Origin: Candidatus Eiseniibacteriota bacterium
GTDB lineage: Bacteria > Eisenbacteria > RBG-16-71-46 > JABDJR01 > JAWXBZ01
Reading direction: 5' to 3'
DNA: 13,577 nt
Assembly (NCBI GenBank): GCA_034440375.1
Contig: JAWXBZ010000103.1
Span: 1-13,577 of the forward strand
This document shows positions 7,901 to 13,577 of the stretch, piece by piece. The position numbers and the translations under genes were made by a program. The notes below the pieces were generated by a model. That model saw nothing but the letters and a program-made list of their open reading frames with translations, was not told the origin of the DNA and searched no databases. The first letter of the stretch is position 1. Every line of letters starts with the position of its first letter.

Positions 7901-8110
7901 GGGCCGGAACGCGTTGGCGGGCCGTCGACCGCCACGATCTCCGCCCCCGGCGGTTTGCCGGGAAACGTGTCGGCGCGACCGCCCGGTCCGCGTCCGGGGA
8001 ACCAGCCCGTTGAAAGTGAACCGATCTATGCCGCCGACAAGGTGGGTCGCAATGACCCGTGCCCGTGCGGCAGCGGGAAGAAATTCAAAAAGTGCCACGG
8101 AGTCCAGTGA
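4958..8110 (+). CDS. secA: Preprotein translocase ATPase SecA, 1050 aa
   Basis: Walker A [90 protein letters not shown] and the C-terminal SEC-C motif [19 protein letters not shown]. The start is set at ATG 4958 (SD AAGGA at 4946-4950). The ORF-track start at 4754 would cross the csp terminator. Confidence 0.99.
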   Translation: [1050 protein letters not shown]

Positions 8111-10575
8111 CCAAACCAGTGACGAAAAAAAGGGCGGCCGCCGGTGCCAAACCGGTCCGGTCGCGGAAGAAGAAACCATCGGAGACCGGGGAATCGGTCG
8201 TGGCTGTCGATGAGCTTGAAACGCCGGAGGAAGAAACGGGCCCCCGGGGCGCGGCCCGAAAGGGCGGACCGCGGAGCCTGGTCATCGTCGAGTCTCCCTC
8301 GAAGGCCAAGACCCTGACCAAGTTTCTCGGTCGCGGCTTCACGGTGATGGCCTGCAACGGCCACGTCATGGATCTTCCGACCAGCAAGCTGGGCGTCGAT
8401 ATCGAGAACGACTTCAAGCCCGAGTACGTGGCCATCCGGGGAAAGAAGAAGATTCTCGACGATCTGAAGAAGAAAGCCCGCGAGGTCGACATTGTCTACA
8501 TGGCCCCCGACCCGGATCGCGAAGGGGAGGCCATCGCCTGGCACCTGCAGAACTGGTTGGGCCGGGAGGGGGGCACCCTTCGCCGCCTGACGTTCAACGA
8601 AATCACCGAACGGGCGGTCAAGGACTCGCTGAATCACGCCCGTGATATCGACGAGAATCTGGTCAACGCCCAGCAGGCGCGGCGTATCCTGGACCGGCTG
8701 GTCGGCTACAAGGTCAGCCCGCTCCTCTGGAACATCCTCCGCTACGGCCTCTCGGCCGGGCGCGTGCAGTCGGTGGCGTTGCGGCTCATCGTTGATCGTG
8801 AGAAGGAAATTCGCGCCTTCGTGGCGGTCGAGTACTGGACGATCGAAGCCCGCCTGGCCGTTCCCGGCTCGCCGGCATCGCCGAAACTACCGGAGCCGGA
8901 GGATGGGCAGGAGAGCGCCGGCACACCACCTCTTGGCCCCGGGGAATTCTGGGCCCGGCTGCTCAAGGTGGGCGAGGAAAAGCCCGAGCTCGCCGACGGC
9001 ACCACCGCCGGCCTCCTGGTCGAATCGCTGCGCGGTCGACCGTTCCAGGTACAGGAAGTCAAGAAGCGGGAGAGGCGGAAAAACCCGGCGGCCCCGTTCA
9101 TCACCTCGACGCTTCAGCAGGAGGCGTTCAAGAAGCACCGGTTTTCCAGTCAGAAAACCATGGTCCTGGCCCAGCAGCTCTACGAGGGCATCGACCTCGG
9201 TGAGGGACCGGTCGGTCTGATCACGTACATGCGAACGGATTCGACGCGAATCTCCCAGGAGGCGATCGACGCGGTGCGGGGCATGATCCGAGGCGCCTAC
9301 GGCGAGCGTTACCTTCCGGAAACGCCCCGGATCTTTCCGACCAAAAAGGCGGCACAGGATGCCCACGAGGCCGTGCGCCCGAGCGAAGTGGATCGGACGC
9401 CCGATTCGCTGGCCCGCTACCTCTCACCGGACCTGACCAAGTTGTACAACCTGATCTGGAATCGCTTCGTGGCCAGCCAGATGACGCCCGCTGTTTACGA
9501 AACGACCTCGGTCGACATCAAGGTCGAACGGGATTCGGGGCCGCCGGTCTTCTTCCGGGCCAGCGGCACCGTGACCGTTTTCGATGGCTTTACCCGCCTC
9601 TGGGCTTCTCTCGACGAGGAAGAGGATGAGCCGACGTTGCCACCGCTCAGCGAGGGGCAACCGATCGAAGATCGGGGCGTCGAGGCCAATCAGCACTTCA
9701 CCGAGCCGCCGCCGCGATTCACCGAAGCGACGCTGGTGAAGTCGCTCGAAGAGAACGGCATTGGACGTCCCTCGACCTATGCCACGATCGTCTCAACGAT
9801 TCTGACCCGCGATTATGTCCTGCGCGATCGCGGCAAGCTGACCCCGACCGAGCTTGGCATGACCGTGACCGAACTCCTGGTCAAGACCTTCCCCGACATC
9901 TTCAACGTTGATTTTACCGCCCGGATGGAGGACGACCTCGACCGGATCGAAACCGGAGAGGAGGAGTGGCATTCGGTCATCCGGGAGTTCTGGGACCCGT
10001 TCGCCGCCGATCTGACACGCGCCGAGGGGCAGAAGGAGGAGCTCAAGAAGGGGCTCCAGGAAGAGACCGATATTATCTGCCCGAAGTGCGGCGAGGAGAC
10101 GGGCTCGAAGATGATCAAGAAGTACGGCCGCAACGGCATCTTCCTGGCCTGCCCGCGCTATCCGGACTGCAAGGCCACCCAGCCGTACGACCAGGCGGAG
10201 GTGGAGACGACCGACGAGGTGTGCGAGAAGTGCGGCGGCCCGATGGCCGTCAAGCGCGGACGTTTCGGCCGGTTTCTGGCCTGCACGAAGTATCCCGACT
10301 GCAAGAACACGAAACCCTACCGGATCGGTGTTCCCTGCCCCGAGAAGGATTGCGGCGGCCAGCTCTCCGAGAAGCGAAGCAAGATGGGCAAGATGTTCTA
10401 TGGCTGTGACCGATGGCCTGATTGCAATTTCGCCACCTGGGACAGGCCGGTGCCCGTGGAGTGCCCGCAATGCGGCAACCCCTTCATGTCCCAGAAAGAG
10501 TCGAAATCCAAGGGTCCGTTCCTCCGCTGCCCGAAGTGCAAGGCGGAGGCGGCGTCCGGCGAGACGGCCGACTGA
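8107..10575 (+). CDS. topA: DNA topoisomerase I (type IA) with four C-terminal zinc ribbons
   Basis: TOPRIM motifs LVIVESPSKAK and DPDREGEAIAW, SAGRVQS, active-site GLITYMRTDS, AQDAHEAVRP, GIGRPSTYA, and four Cys4 ribbons. GTG 8107 overlaps the secA TGA (GTGA). Alternative GTG starts exist at 8119 and 8200. Confidence 0.98.
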   Translation: MTKPVTKKRAAAGAKPVRSRKKKPSETGESVVAVDELETPEEETGPRGAARKGGPRSLVIVESPSKAKTLTKFLGRGFTVMACNGHVMDLPTSKLGVDIENDFKPEYVAIRGKKKILDDLKKKAREVDIVYMAPDPDREGEAIAWHLQNWLGREGGTLRRLTFNEITERAVKDSLNHARDIDENLVNAQQARRILDRLVGYKVSPLLWNILRYGLSAGRVQSVALRLIVDREKEIRAFVAVEYWTIEARLAVPGSPASPKLPEPEDGQESAGTPPLGPGEFWARLLKVGEEKPELADGTTAGLLVESLRGRPFQVQEVKKRERRKNPAAPFITSTLQQEAFKKHRFSSQKTMVLAQQLYEGIDLGEGPVGLITYMRTDSTRISQEAIDAVRGMIRGAYGERYLPETPRIFPTKKAAQDAHEAVRPSEVDRTPDSLARYLSPDLTKLYNLIWNRFVASQMTPAVYETTSVDIKVERDSGPPVFFRASGTVTVFDGFTRLWASLDEEEDEPTLPPLSEGQPIEDRGVEANQHFTEPPPRFTEATLVKSLEENGIGRPSTYATIVSTILTRDYVLRDRGKLTPTELGMTVTELLVKTFPDIFNVDFTARMEDDLDRIETGEEEWHSVIREFWDPFAADLTRAEGQKEELKKGLQEETDIICPKCGEETGSKMIKKYGRNGIFLACPRYPDCKATQPYDQAEVETTDEVCEKCGGPMAVKRGRFGRFLACTKYPDCKNTKPYRIGVPCPEKDCGGQLSEKRSKMGKMFYGCDRWPDCNFATWDRPVPVECPQCGNPFMSQKESKSKGPFLRCPKCKAEAASGETAD

Positions 10576-10639
10576 CGTCGATGTCGGGGCACCTCGATCG
10601 TGACGGGCTCACCAAGGGCCGGATCACGCCGGCGGCCTC

Positions 10640-11584
10640 GTGAGAGCATCCATCGAGTGCTTTCTGAGTGATCTTCTGGCCGGCCGGGGGTTTTCGCCGC
10701 GGACCGCCGAGTCGTACCGGCGAGACCTGACCGCCTGGATGGCATTTCTCATCCAGCGCGAGGGGGGGCGACTGCCGAAGCCGGGCCAGCTCCGCCACGC
10801 ACACGTGACACTCTACCTGGCCGATCTCTCGCGACATGGACGGGCGGCTCGCACGTTGGCACGCCACCTGTCGGCCATTCGAAGCTATGCGCGCTGGCTC
10901 CGTCGTCACGGTGAGGAAGCCTCGTTCACCGCTGGCCTCAAGGGTCCGAAGCTCCCACGACCTGTTCCGGCCTTTCTGACCGAAGCCGAGATGGATCGGG
11001 TCTTTCGACTCGATTTCGGCGAGGGAATCGACGGTTTGCGCGATCGATCCATTATCGAGATTCTCTATGCGACAGGCATCCGCCTGGCTGAACTGGTGGG
11101 CCTCAATCGGGACGATGCGATCGACCTGGAACGGGGCCAGGTACGTGTCCTCGGGAAGGGAAATCGTGAACGAATCGTGCCCATGGGGCGGGAGGCCGGC
11201 CGCGCCCTCGAGGCGTATCGGGTGGCCACCGCCACGGACGGGCGGGCCGACCGGGAGGGAATGCCGTTTTTCCTTGGGGCGGGCGGCCGGCGCCTGTCAC
11301 GGCGCACGGTGCAGCGGATCATCGCCAGGCATCTAGGCCGCGTGGCCAGCCGTTCCGGGCTTTCACCTCATCTGCTGCGTCACACCGTGGCCACCCATCT
11401 GCTGGCGCGGATGAGTCGTGACCGAATCGGTCGATCGGCCTCTGCCGCCCTGGCCCCGGACATCCGGGCGGTGCAGGAACTGCTCGGTCATGTCAGCCTG
11501 TCAAGCACACAGGTCTACACGCATGTGACGGTGGACCGGCTGCGCGCCGCGATGCAGCACGCTCACCCCCGGGGTGAGGATTGA
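10640..11584 (+). CDS. xerC: Tyrosine recombinase, XerC/XerD family (most likely chromosomal XerC)
   Basis: N-terminal SAM-like domain (SPRTAESYRRDL), LYATGIRLAEL (R148), GKGNRERIVP (K173), HLLRH (H244/R247), LLGH (H284), TQVYTHV (Y293) and C-terminal AHPR. It is adjacent to topA as in the widespread topA-(trmFO)-xerC cluster. Confidence 0.9.
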   Translation: MRASIECFLSDLLAGRGFSPRTAESYRRDLTAWMAFLIQREGGRLPKPGQLRHAHVTLYLADLSRHGRAARTLARHLSAIRSYARWLRRHGEEASFTAGLKGPKLPRPVPAFLTEAEMDRVFRLDFGEGIDGLRDRSIIEILYATGIRLAELVGLNRDDAIDLERGQVRVLGKGNRERIVPMGREAGRALEAYRVATATDGRADREGMPFFLGAGGRRLSRRTVQRIIARHLGRVASRSGLSPHLLRHTVATHLLARMSRDRIGRSASAALAPDIRAVQELLGHVSLSSTQVYTHVTVDRLRAAMQHAHPRGED

Positions 11585-12789
11585 GATGGCCGGGTTTCGC
11601 GCCGGGGCTTGCGGCGGTTCTGGCAATGACGCTGGCGCTGGCCGGGTGCGCCGAGGTGGCGCCCCCTCCGGGCGGGCCGCCGGACCTGGCGCCGCCCCGG
11701 GTGCTGGCGGCCTATCCGGAGTCGCTGGCCACCGGTGTCGACTCATCAACCACGTTTTCACTGACCTTTTCCGAAAAGGTGGACCGTCGATCCGTCAAGG
11801 AGTGGCTCTTCATCAATCCCTATCGCCCGATTTCATGGGCGAAATGGTCCGGGCCGACCCTGGAATTCCGCCTGCAGGGCGGGCCGCCAACCGATACAAC
11901 AGTTCAAGTCACGCTTGGGAGCGGTGTCAAGGATCGAGCCGGCCTGCCGCTCCGCCCGACGTTCTCCCGCCTGGTGACGAGGGGTGCCGTGATCGCGCCC
12001 GGTGTCATCGCCGGTCGCATGCGCACCAGTCGACTCGGCGCCTTGCCGGTGGCGGGCGTACCCAGGCGAACTGGCCGCACCGATTCCTCCGGCGTCGCGG
12101 TGCCACCGACGGGTGCGGGGACATCCGCGCCCGGCACGTCTCGAACGTCGACGCAGGTGCCGAAACAGGCCCGATTTGTCTGGCTGTTCCTGGTTTCCGG
12201 CGACACGCTCCCCGATCCCCTGATCGAGACACCCTACTGGGTGGCCGAAGCGGACCCGGAGGGAAATTACCGACTGGAGGGACTGCCGCTCGACGTGCCG
12301 TTTCACCTGCTGGCGCTGTATGATGCCGACCGGAGCCGCAGCCCTGTTGGCCTGTCAGATTACTGGAGTTTCGACCCCGAAGTTTTTCAACTCACCACGG
12401 CCGCGCCGCGTCTGGAAGGCCGTGCCGTCTTCCTGATTGACCCGAAGAGCCCCGGACGGCTCTCGGGCCGGCTGGTCCCAGCGGCAGATACGACGGCGGT
12501 GGACAGCACCGTACTGGCCGTTCTGGCGGCGGTACGACCGGCTGGTGTCGATAGCCTGGTGATGACCTGGCCGCCGACCAGTGTCACCAGGGCCGCGCCG
12601 GTCGACCGGACGGGCACCTGGGTCCTGTCACAGATGCCGCCGGCACGCTATCGATTGGCTGCCTGGCACGACATCAACCGAAACGGTCAGCGGGAGGCCG
12701 ATGAACCGCTCGGCTCCTGGATTGAAAGACTCGTGGGACCCGACGAGGATGTGTCCGATTGCGAACTGGCCCGCCCGCCGGGCCCTTGA
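11581..12789 (+). CDS. Lipoprotein with N-terminal bacterial Ig-like (Big_5-type) domain and beta-rich C-terminal domains
   Basis: Signal peptide with lipobox LAG-C (Cys23, 11647-11649) followed by CA-x3-PPPGGPPD-x2-PP-x-V and LTFSEKVD. Later motifs ADPEGNYRLEGLP and YRLAAWHDINRNG are typical of this family. The TTG start overlaps the xerC TGA (TTGA). Confidence 0.82.
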   Translation: MRWPGFAPGLAAVLAMTLALAGCAEVAPPPGGPPDLAPPRVLAAYPESLATGVDSSTTFSLTFSEKVDRRSVKEWLFINPYRPISWAKWSGPTLEFRLQGGPPTDTTVQVTLGSGVKDRAGLPLRPTFSRLVTRGAVIAPGVIAGRMRTSRLGALPVAGVPRRTGRTDSSGVAVPPTGAGTSAPGTSRTSTQVPKQARFVWLFLVSGDTLPDPLIETPYWVAEADPEGNYRLEGLPLDVPFHLLALYDADRSRSPVGLSDYWSFDPEVFQLTTAAPRLEGRAVFLIDPKSPGRLSGRLVPAADTTAVDSTVLAVLAAVRPAGVDSLVMTWPPTSVTRAAPVDRTGTWVLSQMPPARYRLAAWHDINRNGQREADEPLGSWIERLVGPDEDVSDCELARPPGP

Positions 12790-12803
12790 GAAAGGATCAA
12801 CCG

Positions 12804-13577
12804 ATGTTTGAAGGAGTGTCCGTGGCGCTAGTCACTCCGTTCCGGAGTGGCGCGGTCGATGAATCGGCGTTCCGCGCGCTGGTGAACCGACTCTTCGAAA
12901 TGGGCGTCGATGGCGTCGTGGCTACCGGTTCGACGGGGGAGGCCGCCACGTTGACCCGCGAGGAACGCCGCCGTGTCCTGGTGGCCGCCGTAGAGGAGGC
13001 GCGGGGGCGGGGCTTCGTCGTGGCCGGCACCGGGACGAACGATACCGCCGTTTCCATTGACTACTCGCGCGACGCCCGTGATGCGGGGGTCGATGGATTG
13101 ATGGTCGTGACGCCGTACTACAACAAGCCAAGCCCGGCGGGTCTCGAGGCGCACTACCGGGCAATCAGTGAGGCGGCAGGCCTGCCGATCCTGGCCTACA
13201 ACGTGCCAGGCCGAACCGGTTACAACCTGCCACCGTCCATGGCCGCGCGACTGGCAAAGGTGCCCAATGTGGTGGCGCTCAAGGAAGCCTCCGGGTCGGT
13301 GGACCAGGGACTGGATGTGATGGTGGCCGCGCCGGGCTTGACCTTCCTGTCCGGCGAGGATTCACTGACGTTGCCTCTCGTGGCCGCGGGTGCCAGGGGC
13401 GTCGTGTCGGTGGCCGGCCACTTGATCGGCGACACGATCAAGGCGATGATCGAGGCCCATGAACGAGGGGATGTCGCCCTGGCGCGCCAGCTCAACCGAA
13501 CCGTGCTGCGGGTGACCCGGGCGATGTTCATCGAATCGAATCCCGGGCCGGTCAAGTATGCGATGTCCCGGCTCGGC
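12804..13577 (+). CDS. dapA: 4-hydroxy-tetrahydrodipicolinate synthase (DHDPS), 3'-partial; not in the supplied ORF track because it runs off the window
   Basis: Manual translation gives MFEGVSVALVTPF..GSTGEAATL..AGTGTN..VVTPYYNKP..YNVPGRTG..ALKEASG (Schiff-base Lys160 at 13281-13283)..LSGEDSL..GVVSV..FIESNPGPVKYAM. SD GAAAGGA at 12790-12796. Confidence 0.96.
   Translation, partial: MFEGVSVALVTPFRSGAVDESAFRALVNRLFEMGVDGVVATGSTGEAATLTREERRRVLVAAVEEARGRGFVVAGTGTNDTAVSIDYSRDARDAGVDGLMVVTPYYNKPSPAGLEAHYRAISEAAGLPILAYNVPGRTGYNLPPSMAARLAKVPNVVALKEASGSVDQGLDVMVAAPGLTFLSGEDSLTLPLVAAGARGVVSVAGHLIGDTIKAMIEAHERGDVALARQLNRTVLRVTRAMFIESNPGPVKYAMSRLG

Noticed and set aside
8059..8106. topA start at 8059 from the ORF track
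   Set aside because: It would overlap the conserved SecA SEC-C coding region by ~50 nt. The GTGA overlap at 8107 is more plausible.
10640..11584. Tyrosine recombinase as a phage/ICE integrase or integron integrase
   Set aside because: The ~300-aa Xer architecture, topA linkage and housekeeping flanks argue against it. I see no att repeats, tRNA, attC sites or cargo. The insertion is in box II, not at the IntI-specific position before HxxR.
11574..12323. Other overlapping ORFs (e.g. 11574-12323 +, 3582-4460 -, 9793-10470 -, 4527-4757 +)
   Set aside because: They are alternative-frame or antisense ORFs overlapping well-supported genes, with no motifs. Such ORFs are expected in high-GC DNA.
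1..13577. CRISPR array, tRNA/rRNA, IS element, intein or defence system
   Set aside because: I found no spaced direct repeats, cloverleaf or rRNA signatures, transposase, terminal inverted repeats or intein motifs. The intergenic space is small and accounted for.

Overview
GC-rich bacterial chromosomal window, with every real gene on the + strand. It reads as core housekeeping DNA, probably from an FCB-superphylum-related lineage (inferred from the expanded SecA and the Ig-like lipoprotein). Gene order: TPR-rich soluble lytic transglycosylase (5'-truncated), CTP-dependent dolichol/phytol-kinase-like membrane protein, membrane-anchored PQQ-type beta-propeller protein with a degenerate PP2C-like N-domain, a cold-shock protein with its own promoter and intrinsic terminator, secA (true start 4958), topA (GTG overlapping the secA stop), xerC, an Ig-like lipoprotein, and dapA (3'-truncated, absent from the ORF track). 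I see no mobile element, CRISPR array, RNA gene or defence island. The best candidate for an undescribed system is the tightly packed slt / prenol-kinase-like / pseudo-PP2C-TM-beta-propeller trio, a possible envelope sensing and remodelling module. Other oddities are a 14-aa insertion in the XerC catalytic box II, a basic N-terminal extension on TopA, dense D-S/T-x sequons in the lipoprotein, a DapA with lysine-insensitive signature residues, and palindromic elements around the csp gene. All domain calls are by eye from motifs; no searches were run.
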